The position numbers and the translations under genes were made by a program. The notes under the pieces are model-generated. The model did not search any database. It was not told the origin of the DNA and saw nothing but the letters and a program-made list of their open reading frames with translations. A DNA stretch of 64,000 nt from Antedon mediterranea. Its lineage: Eukaryota > Animalia > Echinodermata. Location of the stretch: positions 29,078,001 through 29,142,000 of the forward strand of contig NC_092674.1 of assembly GCF_964355755.1 (NCBI RefSeq). The letters run 5' to 3'. Positions 1 through 25,200 of the stretch are shown here, in pieces; position 1 is the stretch's first letter, and every line of letters begins with the position of its first letter.

Positions 1-983
1 ATGTATGTTATACCACTATGGCCAATCCCTATTCAGGGGACACATCGATTAAGGAGATATGTATGTTATACCACTATGGCCAACCCCTATTCAGGGGACA
101 CTTCGATTAAGGAGATATGTATGTTATACCACTATGGCCAACCCCTATTCAGGGGACACATCGATTAAGGAGATATGTATGTTATACCACTATGGCCAAC
201 CCCTATTCAGGGGACACTTCGATTAAGGAGATATGTATGTTATACCACTATGGCCAACCCCTATTCAGGGGACCCATCGATTAAGGAGATATGTATGTTA
301 TACCACTATGGCCAACCCCTATTCAGGGGACACATCGATTAAGGAGATATGTATGTTAATGTTATACCACTATGGCCAACCCCTATTCAGGGGACACATC
401 GATTAAGGAGATATGTATGTTATAACACTATGGCCAACCCCTATTCAGGGGAGACATCGATTAAGGAGATATGTATGTTATAACACTATGGCCAATCCCT
501 ATTCAGGGGAGACATCGATTAAGGAGATATGTATGTTATAACACTATGGCCAACCCCTATTCAGGTGAGACATCGATTAAGGAGATATGTATGTTATACC
601 ACTATCACTATGGCCAATCCCTATTCAGAGGAGACATCGATTAAGGAGATATGTATGTTATACCACTATGGCCAACCCCTATTCAGGGGAGACATTGATT
701 AAGGAGTTATGTATGTTATACCACTATGGTAAACCCCTATTCAGGGGACACATCGACTAAGGAGATATGTATGTTATACCACTATGGCCAACCACTATTC
801 AGGGGACACATCGATTAAGGAGATATGTATGTTATAACACTATGGCCAACCCCTATTCAGGGGAGACATCGATTAAGGAGATATGTATGTTATACCACTA
901 TGGCCAACCCCTATTCAGGGGAGACATCGATTAAGGAGATATGTATGTTATAACACTATGGCCAACCCCTATTCAGGGGAGAC
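1..983. repeat. 58-bp minisatellite, about 17 copies (ATGTATGTTATACCACTATGGCCAACCCCTATTCAGGGGACACATCGATTAAGGAGAT), in a NEK1 intron; continues off the left edge
   Basis: Unit starts recur at 1, 59, 117 and onward with few substitutions. The array is followed by a MITE-type end ...GGAGTTCTACTGTA ending at 1030. Confidence 0.97.
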
Positions 984-1170
984 TAGCTATGTTAGGTCCT
1001 GAGTTGCCCCCTTATAGGAGTTCTACTGTATTCAAGTAAATGGAGAATTTAGATCTGTAATTACCTTATATTTTATGTACAATTGGTTGTTAATATCGTA
1101 TTAAAATCTCATTGAAAATTAACACAGCAAATGTAAATATAGAAACACAGCACAGAACGTAAACACCTGC

Positions 1171-13499
<12,329 letters not shown>

Positions 13500-14171
13500 T
13501 GTTTCTGAAATGCAATAACAATTAATAATTTTTAAAAATTGTGTATTGGAATGGAAATGGATTGAATTTTTATTATTAATAATAAAATATTATTAATATT
13601 AATAAATTATTATTCTTACTAGGGCCTAGGTAAGCCTACCTATTATTTATATTAATAATATATAGGCCTAGACCTACCAATATTTATTTTTTTATTTGAC
13701 TGGTTTTATTTAGTTAAGATTACAATGATAGGAAAATAATAAAAGGAGGAAATGAAAAAACCAAAAACACAATAAATTAACAAATAATACGTTAGTTAGG
13801 CCTAGGCCTAATTATTTTTTTTATAAATATGCCTATAGTATAGGCCTAGGTAGGCAGGCCTAACTAATTAAATACAATTTTATTTCTATTTATCAACATT
13901 ATTATTACTAGTAATTACTAGGCCTAATAATTGTTGTAATTAGGCTAGTAGGCCTACTAGCGCCTACTTTAAGTATTTTTGAATTTAAAAAATAGTTTTA
14001 ACTGAAGATCTGGGGGACCGACACCTCCTCTCTCAAATCATTTTCATCTCTAATCCTTCGGAGAGGGAGGCCTGCGTTGCCAACGACGCTTCTGATTTTA
14101 TAATAAACACCTACAAACTACACGTAATATTATATAACTACTGTTGTTATTCATCAATAACTGTTGCTTAC

Positions 14172-14584
14172 CTTACATAAGCTAATTTCTTTAATGAATA
14201 CACAATTTAAATGGATACAAAATATATATTTCAACTTTTAAATGAGCTCGGTCAAAACGAATCTTAGATACCGTTGACCGCCATCTTTTTTATCGGTTGT
14301 TGGAAAATTGAATTCTGGGTAAATTGAGTTGACTGTAAAGCATGAAACTCTAAAGAATGATCTGATAATTTGTACAGTGTAGTTCATTTTAAATCTCTTC
14401 TATGTGATGTACAGTATGTCACAATATTTATCAATGTTAAAAATTAAATTTATTAAAAAAATTAATAAAAAATGGGTTAACAATAATTAATGTAAAAGCA
14501 CTGAGTTTATGTACTTAAAACTAAAGATCGTGTGGTACCGTTATTCCATGTGTTATGTTATGCAACTAACTAAGCAAAATTAAA
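14172..14584. promoter_or_regulatory. Bidirectional NEK1/NDUFA2 promoter region, including a putative NEK1 5'UTR exon (donor at about 14171)
   Basis: Genes are head-to-head. Minus-strand AG|GTAAG donor at 14171. YY1-type AAGATGGCGG (minus, 14278-14287) and AAAATGGC at the NDUFA2 start. Confidence 0.65.
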
Positions 14585-15346
14585 ATGGCTTCCTCCGTAG
14601 GAGTACGAAAGTTACCGCAGTATCTGAAAGAAATTCGAATTCTTTTATGTCAACGATCATCTTCTAGCCAAGGTGTAAGGTAATCCCAATATATTGTTTA
14701 ACTTGATTGATGAAATTTTAATAAATTATGTAAATACAAATCATTAGTGTCTAGCCTAGGCCTGCGTCAACGTGTCTGCATGCAGCAAGCAACAGCGGAG
14801 ACTGAGTGCTGACCTGGACAATTTGTTAGAGCACCCACTTATTTGTGAGGCCTAGCTTAGGAGTGTTGTGATTGGTTAATGTCTTATATTTATTCTTTCT
14901 TTTAGGAGAGGGTTAGGTAGTAGTATGTCTTTTAACACCTATTTTTTTATAATAATAAATATTTTTTTACTGTTTCAGAGACTGGGTTGAGAAATGTTAT
15001 GTTGACCTGAAAAAGCAAAATCCAACTTTTCCCATTCGTGTTCGAGAATGTAGCGGAATCCAACCAAAGATGTATGCAAGATATGGTAAGCTGTGTAACT
15101 GCACAACAAATAAAGAAATATGTTGTAATTAGCTGTGGGTAACCCTGTGCTTGGTTGCATGCAAAAATATAGTAAACATATTTTTATATACTACAGGTAT
15201 ATATATTTTAGTGCATAATATGATTATATTTAGATTTTTTTTCAATTTCAGATTTTGGAAAGGAAAGCTGTGCTGACCTGGAGAACATGAACAGCCAACA
15301 GGTCAATGAAACACTTTACAAGTTTGCCGACTCTAAACCACAATGA
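14585..15346 (+). CDS. NDUFA2: NADH dehydrogenase (ubiquinone) 1 alpha subcomplex subunit 2, 98 aa
   Basis: Exons 14585-14679, 14979-15085, 15252-15346. Reads [72 protein letters not shown]..., with the LKEIR..LCQRS..SQGVR and RECSG motifs. Missed by the ORF track. Confidence 0.96.
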
Positions 15347-16275
15347 GATGAACACAAAATAAATTGTACAAAAATGTTTATATAGTGAATATGGTTTATA
15401 AAGACTTTGAAGTTGTGTGTACAGCCAGTTTAGTCCCACAATAAAAAGACAAAAACTTTATTAAAGTGGATTCTGCCAGCAGAGAAATAAACTAGTAACA
15501 TAATAACATTAGTTAATTATTGATGTTTTTGTTATGTTGATACAAATAGTGAAATAAATATTGGAATTTAAATTAATCATTTGTTGTTTATATAGTTACA
15601 CACTCACACAGATTCTTTAATTAATGAAAATCACTGATATTAATAATTATTTTGTGTTGTTAATAAATTCAGTATTGTTCAATTGGAAGCAAATTTACTG
15701 AACAAAGGAGTTTATTACGGTAAAGGGTTGACGACTAAACCGAAAAGAAAAACTGTTGTTAGCACAACCAATTTGCTTATGGCTTAAAAAATGTTAAAAC
15801 CGTTGACCAGACGTTGTTCTAAAATTTTAGGTATCCCCGGCGATGTAAACAAAGTTTCTAGCATTGGGTTATTATATTAATTACCTTGAATTACCTTGAA
15901 ATTAAGGCTAAAGCAAAATTGCTTATTCGCCTCTCTGGAATTACAAATCTCTTACATACGGCTGAAACTTGATCAATGATGAAATGATGATCAATGACAC
16001 TTTTTTAAACGATCTAATTAATTAATCTAAACCGATATCTGTGCTTTTGATGCCTATTCTCCTCTCCTCCACTTCTCTGACTCTTGGAAAATGGTGTCTG
16101 CTGCCCTCTACTTTACAAACTTATTTTTGGCACCTTGCGCGGCGCTGAGTGTGACAACGATCTTTCTATAAGTTTTTGCAATCAACAAAAAAACCGCAAC
16201 CTAATTTTATCCGCAACCAACCTACTTTTGGGTGCAGTGTAACCTAATTCAAATAAATGTGAATAATAGGAAATT

Positions 16276-19200
16276 ATGGAAAAGACAAATGAACGAACAA
16301 GACTGCTTTCCGGTGTAAATAGGTAAGTATTTGCCTAACAAATCTACATTATACTAATAGAGCTAGGCCTAGGCTAGACCAGGTTCAGGACTAACTTAAT
16401 TAGGGCTAAGCCTAAGAAAGTACATACTCTGGCCCCTACCCTAGCTAGTAGGCAGCAGGCCTAGTACTATTAGTAGGCTAGTAGTATTAGTAGGCCGGGT
16501 AGGACTAGCCTAGTTGGTAGTAGTAGGCTAGAGGACAGTGTAGTACTATAAATAGTATTCTGCGTTTTTTTCTATGCTTGTTTTTGTTTTTATGTAATTT
16601 ATGCTTTTTGTATTATTGTTTTTATTTTTCTGGATAATAAATGAATATGAATAGTAATCTACAGTGAGTAGTACTTCATAGACTACTAAAGTAGGCGTAC
16701 TAGTAGCAGTCGAGACGTAGTTTAGTTTTAAATGTGGGTTATTTATTAATTATAACAAATTTGTTATTATTTACAAAATTTTAATCATTTTTGCTGTGGC
16801 TAAATGTTGATTAAGGGTTACATCCATAGATAGTGCAATGGCAATCCAACAAGAATATTAATTATAATTATATCTATGACTGAGAAGATCGTGACTCTCT
16901 GGTGACCGACCCTTCATACAACAATCTCTAGTAGGCAATGGGGTAGAAAAGATGATGGTGAGTAAAGCCGTACTCAAAAGATCAATCGTCTGCAAGACTA
17001 CATTTCCAACTTTTTTGACTTTATAAAACTAAGAAATAACTAAAGAATAATAATTAATTATTTTATCACATGTGCTAAAATAAAAAATCCTTATCAATAA
17101 TCTGTAATTGTATTGTAGTTTAATCAAATCCTAATTTTTCCAGGCCAGGTTTTGTAGCCAGACACTATTTAGAAAATCATAGTCACATATTACCCATCAT
17201 TTTATTATAGCATTGCAATAAAAGAATATTATTATTAAGTACATTATTATTATAATACGGTAAATCGAATGCATTATAGTACTGATTTAGTACACAATAA
17301 CATGTGATGCATGCATCCACCATGCAAATAGAGTCTGTCACGGGTTACAAACGTAATCAATAGATTACAGTAATAGGCTTTAGAATAGTACTTTGGCCTG
17401 TAAATGTTATCAGTCATGGATTAGTTAGATCTATGTATATGAAGAAGCTGGATCAACACACTTTAGAGGGGTGTCAGGAGTGGATCCAGCGCGCACCCCC
17501 CCCCCCCCCCATATTGACAGCTCGAATGAAATTATGAACTACTTAAATATGTTTTATTTTAGTGTTCCCCCGTGGCAAAAATCCTTGTGTTGGCCCATAT
17601 GTCCATTGTCATGTCATTGTTGTTTAATAATAGAATGTTGTTGCTGTTGTTGATAATAATAGTAATACTAATAGTTTATTCTTATACACTTAGCTGATAT
17701 AAGCAAGCTCTCAAGCGCTGTACATAAATTAAAATAGACGATGGCAATTATTAAAATTTATTAAAGCTTGTTTGAAAAGGAAAGATTTCAACTGGGTCTT
17801 GAAAGAGTTTAGAGTACAGTAGCACACTGTCTGATTGAAATTGGTAAGAAATTCCACAGAGTTGGAGCTGCCACAGCAAAACCTCTTCCAATTTCACCAT
17901 ATGTAGTAATCATGTCCTAGTCTTAGGAACTACTAGCAGACATATGGCCACCTGATCTAAGAGATCTAGTAGGCTGGTAAATATGCACAAGCTTTAGATA
18001 GATAGATTGTCGCCAAAGTGTGATACAGTATATGCCTTGTATGCAAGGATTAAGACCTTGTACTGTACGTAAGTAATATCAGTTGACATTTTCTATGATT
18101 CACTTGCTTCCGTCATAGGTTTTGTCAAAATGTAAATAATTTTATTTGTAGTGTACATATGATCTATTTGTTATATTGCTTGTATTTATAATTGTATGTT
18201 TTTAAGCCTGTTAATTGTAGACTTGTGATTACTGAAGATGAATGAAATAAAATTAAAGAGTTATTTTGGACTAATGTACAGTACAGTAGTTTTTGGAAAT
18301 AACGGGTACTGTATGTGTATGAGACTTATAACTAATTTAATAATGGGTACTGTATGTGTATGAGACTTACTGTATAACTAATTTAATAATGGGTACTGTA
18401 TGTGTATGAGACTTATAACTAATTAGCAATTATACCCGCCCCAGGGCGGGTTTCAAAATTAGTTTACAGCCTTCTCAGTACATAACACCCGACGCCAGTA
18501 TCTGTCTATACTCGCCAACCTCCACCCCTCTTCAATAATACCCCATACTCTTTCTTAAAAACAAATTCTTCCCAGTGATGGACAAATTCAATTCAACCTA
18601 AGCTTCGAATTGAGAGGAGTATGCATAGCTACGATGGGTCTAATAATGGTTAAATGGTACGTTGTAAATTGTGTAAATGAATAGGTGTCATATTTGCTGA
18701 TAATTAAAATATGTAATTTAGATACTGCGGTCCCCCAGCCTTCTTTCTCCTTTCACCACCCCAGCCACCATCAACAAACCTTAACTCCTCCCCTGGACAG
18801 TTCAAATTTAGTAACTTTTCCTAGTACAATCCAATCATATAGGCTACTTCATTACGCTAGTATTTTCGCTCCTCCTCCCCTACTACACTACACCCCAGTA
18901 CAAATTATGTTATTATCACTCCCAACCCATAATCCCTCGGTGGCAGTTTTCAAATGTAGTTTAAAACATTCCAAATACAGTTTCGGTCATGGTGATAGGC
19001 CTACATCCCCACCCCAAACTCCCATCTGCTTCCCAGGGATGATTAAATACTTTAACATTTTCCAACCACAATTCTGGTGTAAGCAAAATCCCCTGAACCC
19101 AAACCCTATCTCCCAACCCCACTCTCCCACAATTGACGTTTTTTTCTTGGAGGATTGGTGATGTAGTTGAACACAGTAACAGTAAACATCATGTGTATGT

Positions 19201-22200
19201 TCACACAGGTATGGATGTCTGTAATGAGACAATCCAAGAGACCGATACATAGCTGGATAACAGTATAATTTGTTTGATAGCTTTTTTAACTTTTATTACA
19301 CCGTTCGGCGCTAAACCACAATTGTCATTCTATTTTTATTATATACTAGTATAAAATGCCACCACCATACATTCCTATATTTCTACTGTATAGTGCTGTA
19401 CTATAGACCGCAAACTTGTCTAAAAGCTAAATAAACACACATACAGTACCCAAAAAAAGGGGGTGTTTTATTTACTTTTAAATTAAGGTAATGTATGGCT
19501 GTATAAAACGTGTATACATTGCACTTATACAGTATTGTACTTTTATATACTAACTAGCAATTATACCCGCCCCAGGGCGGGTTTCAAAATGAGTTTAAAG
19601 CCTTCTCAGTACAAATTCTTTCGAGTGATGGACAAATTCAATTCAACCTAAGCTTCAAATTGAGAGGAGTATACATAGCTATGATGGGTCTAATAATGGT
19701 TGAAGTACGTTGTAAATTGTGTAAATGAATAGGTGTCATATTGGCTGATAACTAAAATATCTAATTTAGATACTGCGGTCCCCCAGCATTCTTTCTCCTT
19801 TCACCACCCCAGCCACAATCAACAAACCTTAACTCCTGTCCTGGACAGTTGAAATATAGTAACTTTTCCTAGTACAATTCCAATCATAAGGCTACTTCAT
19901 TACGCTGGTATTTTCGCTCCTCCTCCCCCTACAAACACACCCCAGATACACTGGGTGATGTGTTGAAGACGGTTCCAGTACAAATTATGTTATTATCACT
20001 CCCAACCCATAATCCCTCAGTGGCAGTTTTCAAATGTAAAACATTCCAAATACAGTTTCGGTCATGGTGATAGGCTAACACCCCCACCCCAAACTCCCAG
20101 GGATAATTAAATACTTTAACAATTTCCAACCACAATTCTGACCTAAGCAAAATCCACACTATCTCCTAGCCTAAGCAAAATCCCACTGTCTCCTGTACTC
20201 TATCTCCCAACGCCCCTCCCTCACAATGGGCGTTTTTTTCTTGGAGGAATGGTGATGTAGTTGAACACAGTAACAGTAAAGAACGTGTGTACGTTCACAC
20301 AGGAATGGATGTCTGTAATGAGACAATCCAGGAGGCCGGTACATAGCTGGATATGGTTAAAGTACTTTGGTAAATGTTTAATTGAATAGGTGTCATATTG
20401 GTTAATGAATAAAATATGTATATCTATATCTGTATTTCCCCAAACACCTTGCTGAGGATAATTCAAATACTGTAAAACTTTTGTAGTATAATTTTACAAT
20501 TCGATAGCCTACAACCCCGAGCCCTAGCAAAAAATGACATCACAAACCACCACACCACCCCCCCCCCCCCCCCCCCCCGCCCCCACCCCTCCCACAAAAA
20601 CCCCAGGATTCGGGGGAATTTCTTTAAATGTAGTTTAAAACCTTCCGGGTACAATTGCCATCATTTTGATACCCCATACGTATGGTTACGTGCAGAAACA
20701 GAAATTTGTATAACGAACAAATATCGAAAGTGGGGGTTTTGACCACATTTTGGTCCCTAACATGGATCCTAGGTTGCGGATGATGTTGAAATATAGCTTA
20801 GAACATTCTCGGTACAATTGCGGTCATTTTGATACCCCATATGTAAGATTACGTGCAGTAACAAAAATTTGTATAACGAACAAACAGACAAACAAACAAA
20901 CAAACAGACAGACAAACAGACAAACTCTCTCACTTATAATATAGATAATAGAGCTAAATTTGCTAACAGAAAGCGAGATTTTACAAGATCTTAATACAAA
21001 GGCACTTGACACTATTTGTGGTTTGTGAAGATTTCACTTTCAAGGATATTGCTTTGGTTTCATTGAGTTAGAAATCTTTTGATTCATTTAAATGTTTGTG
21101 CTTTATTCTTGTCGTGATTAACCCTCTTCCATTTTGTACATTTGAAATAATTTTTATAAAGATTGAAATTTAAAAAGTTTTTTTTTTTTGTAAAATAGAG
21201 TTTATGTCAGTAATACTTTAGGCATATAATTGTGTTTGATGTTGTGGTAGAATTATACTATTAGGCCAATAAATTCGTCACTCCATTATTTTTGTGGTAA
21301 TTATGTAAAAATATACCAAATGAATAATTTTAACGTGTCCATAAAAAAATATACTCATTAATTAAAGAGTAATCACTTAACTAATACATTCGTCACTTCG
21401 TGTGAAGATTATTTACCGCGTATCGCGTAACTAAGCGATATTCGACGTATTCGACTTCGTGTGAACAAGAATCTTACGCAATGACTATGAAATATGCGGT
21501 ATTCGCCGCGATTGCGTGGTAATGAATAGGCAGTCCCACGTAAACATCTTAGATAGAGCCCTAACGATAATAATATAAAGTAAACAAATTATTCTGTTAA
21601 AAATGCAAAAGAAAAATCACAAATCAGTTGCAAAATGTAATTTATAGTAGCCTAACTGATGCACAAACATCATTTTAGCTATTGTAAATAATGGAAAAAC
21701 GGAAACATGGTTCATTTAATTAAATTTAATTATTAATGTATACATTATTTGATCTCTACATAAGGCAAGGCAATGTTAGATAGTTAGAATAAACGTTTTT
21801 AATTCAATATTCCCTTAGTAGGCCCTACGGGAACAGTTAAAAGATAATTTAGACAGTCCATTGTACAATACGACTTTTTCAGCATATTAGGCCTACAATA
21901 ATTTAGCCATTCATGGCCAATATAGTATTTATTAAATAACTTTAAATGTGTTATCTGCCTTTTCTAATATCCGTATTAAAAGGCTAATTTAAATTATTTA
22001 CTAATTTAATGTGATACCGTAGCAATGTGGTCTTATTGTAGGGCATATCACAGGATAATGTGCAGACTACCCTATATAGTATACGATAGTATTTAGTATA
22101 GCCATGCCCCAAAGATATTTGGTGACCCACTGATTATAATAATTATATATACTGTAACAATCTAATTTAAAAAGCAAAAACAAAAAATATAAATACTCTA

Positions 22201-25200
22201 ACATCAAAATGTATGAATTGTTTGATAAAAATGTGTACACAGAAATGAAAGTTATTATCCTTAGTAGCATTACTCATTAACAATAGAGGTGAAATTTGAT
22301 GTTTCTTTTTAATAATCAGGTTATTTATTCTCTAAAAAATTAAATATTTCAAAATACTTAAGACTATAACATTGATGTAGGCCTAATCGTTACCGTACCG
22401 TTTCGTGTATGTGTTGTCAGTGCCATAATTTAATGTAATGTTTTGCTAGTGCTCGAGTGAACGTACGAAAGAACAAACATCGAAACGTTGCATTACATTT
22501 CCTGAAATGTATTTATATAATTAGCTTACTAAATAATTTATCAATAACCACAAAAATCAGTTTTTACTGGGTAAAATACTGTTCAATATTCTTTAATCTA
22601 TGCTCAATCTAACTTCGCGGGACTGAAAATTGGCCATCAAATAATGGAATGTTCCAGATATGCAATAAACCAATCAGATCACATGCAATTAGTGACGAAT
22701 TGCATATTCGCCGTTTATTGAGGCGCGTAAACAGTGTGCGTGATGCGCGTTTTACGAACACGAAATGACGAATCGATATTCGACGCTTCGTGTGACGAAT
22801 GATTATAATATCACAATATATTCGCCAAATTATAATTTAAATAATTAATTATTGAAATAAGATACGCAGTTGATATTTGCATCAATTGTTCTTTAGAATA
22901 AATACTGTACTTTCGAAATATACAAAAAAAAATTTCGCGCCAAAATGACGATTCGCCGGTTCGTGTGACGAGTGACGAATTGGTTTAAAGTAGTCTGTAC
23001 TGTGGTAGTTAGTACTGTTACAGTAGGTCAATTTACACAGACGAGTGGTATAAGAATAGAGACAATTACTATAGTCTTGCATACAATTAAGTATTCATAA
23101 AAGTTATAAACACAATATGTGGTCTTATTATTTAATTATTTATTAATTATTTTCGAAAAAAAATAAAAAATTAGCAAACTAATCCGGCTCGGACAGCTTC
23201 TTCATGACTATCCAAAATCAGATGAATATTTTTAATCAAACACAATATGTTAAAAATATGACTGTCACCTAATGTTTTTAATTCATTACATTTTTTGAAT
23301 AGGTTATTTTGTAGTTTTAGTAAAGTTAATCACTTTAGTAGAAAAAAAAATGAGGAAAAAACAATGTTTTCAATTATAAAATGACAAAGAAATGGTTAAA
23401 TTCAACCAAAAACTCATTAGCTGGCAGCTAATTTGAAAATTTTCAGACTTATTCATCCAATTATTAATTGTCAGTTTATCTATCATGCAGTTTAAAATTC
23501 TTTAGAGCACAATTTTTCTGGGTGCAGTTCATTATAGTGTAAGGCTTCAATAGGGTTGCTAAATGGTCAATGACCCTTTTAACAATAATAATACCAATCT
23601 ATATCTGGACCGTATTGTATCTGTCGTTAAGATTAATTAAACTTTAAACATTAGGTGTTTATTTTCATCTTGTTTATTTACTGTACCTTTGCGACCGCAC
23701 GTCCATTTAAGTAACTTTATTTTGACCAATTAATAAACATTGTACAGTTTATAAGCCAAGCGTAGTGTGTCTTTGAACTGTTTAGATACAGGACCAAGTA
23801 TTAAGAGCTAAACTGCAAGTTGAATCTGAACTTTCATGTTTAAATTTTATGTTTTTAATTAAGACAATTCTAATATAATTGTTGAAAGTATTGAAGAACA
23901 AAATTATAGTTGGCCAGTAATGGAAAAGTTAAGGTAGGTGATGTTGTTTTGTCAACATTGTAAATGTAAGAATTCTCTTATTTACACACCTGATTTCGAG
24001 TGCTGTATCTCCACATACTATCTATTTCCGAAGTATCATAGGAATATTCGGTAATACAGTATCTCATTTATATCACATGTGGTGCCTGTATCATGTAAGG
24101 TTAGGTTAAGTGTTAGGTTACTACTAGATACATGTGAAACACATGTGATGTTGTATTACAAAATATTCCTACTGTATGATACTTCAGAAATATATACAGT
24201 ACCGAGACTTTACTTTTCTCTTTGAAATTTGTATTGCACATAATTTATCCTAATGATTTTTCTCTTTTTTTTCAAACTAGTATTGAAGACGGGACAACAT
24301 TTTTAAGTGAGAAGGAAAACAAGAAGCGATGGCGCTCTATACATATAATGTACCTCACAATGTTTCTGAGTTCATTAGGGTTCTCAATGGTTATGCCGTC
24401 TGTATGGCCATACTTGACTCGGGTAAGTCATTCAAATGCACTACCAAAATAATTAAAACCCAATATTCAAATTCTTGTATCTGTTTTATATTCCTTTTTT
24501 TCTGTTACTTTAAATATATTTTTTCTTTAGGGATATTCAGCAATTAGCAAATAAAATGTAATTTAGTTTGAACAGGGAATCCCAAAAAAATGGTATTGTG
24601 TTGAAGGAGAAAATATTGATGAATTTAAATTAATTTTTAACATTTCTATATGTAACCAAATTGTACATTTTTGTTAACAGATTGATAACAATGCAACTAA
24701 GACATTTCTTGGCTGGGTGGTGGCCTCTTACAGCCTGGGCCAACTTCTGTCGTCGCCAATCTGCGGAGTCTGGGGTAACATAAGAGGGGCCAGAGAACCA
24801 CTAGTCTTCTCATTGATCCTAAGCATAGGAGCTAACCTACTCTATGCATTTCTACAGGCTATCAAGTCTCACAATGCTGAGTACATGCTAGTGGCTAGGC
24901 TACTCCTCGGCTTCAGTGCAGGTAGGAAGAATTGATTGGAAACTATTTTGTGCTAGTTAAGGTATATTGTAATAAAAAACACACATGGGAGGAGAATACA
25001 GCCAAAAGGCTATAAAATGTCAAATATATCAAATATAGATCAAAAAACAAATAAACACATTTGTAAGATACAGTACCAACAGAAGTTTTAAGTTTCAGCC
25101 AAATGCTGACAAGTGTTGTAACACTGCTTTAAAAGTTCATTCAGACTGTAGAGAATGATTAAGCCTCTTTATTTTGTACTACACCTCTCTCTCGGTTGAT

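Noticed and set aside
1-983. CRISPR-like appearance of the regular repeats (also 6337-6830)
   Set aside because: Units are contiguous with no unique spacers, no cas genes are present, and the context is a eukaryotic intron.
14806-14821. GTGCTGACCTGGA shared between NDUFA2 intron 1 and exon 3
   Set aside because: A 13-bp match with no flanking homology; likely chance.
18685-19250. 158-aa Pro-rich ORF and its antisense ORF
   Set aside because: They lie in a non-autonomous Helitron copy, and the frame is not preserved in the sister copy.
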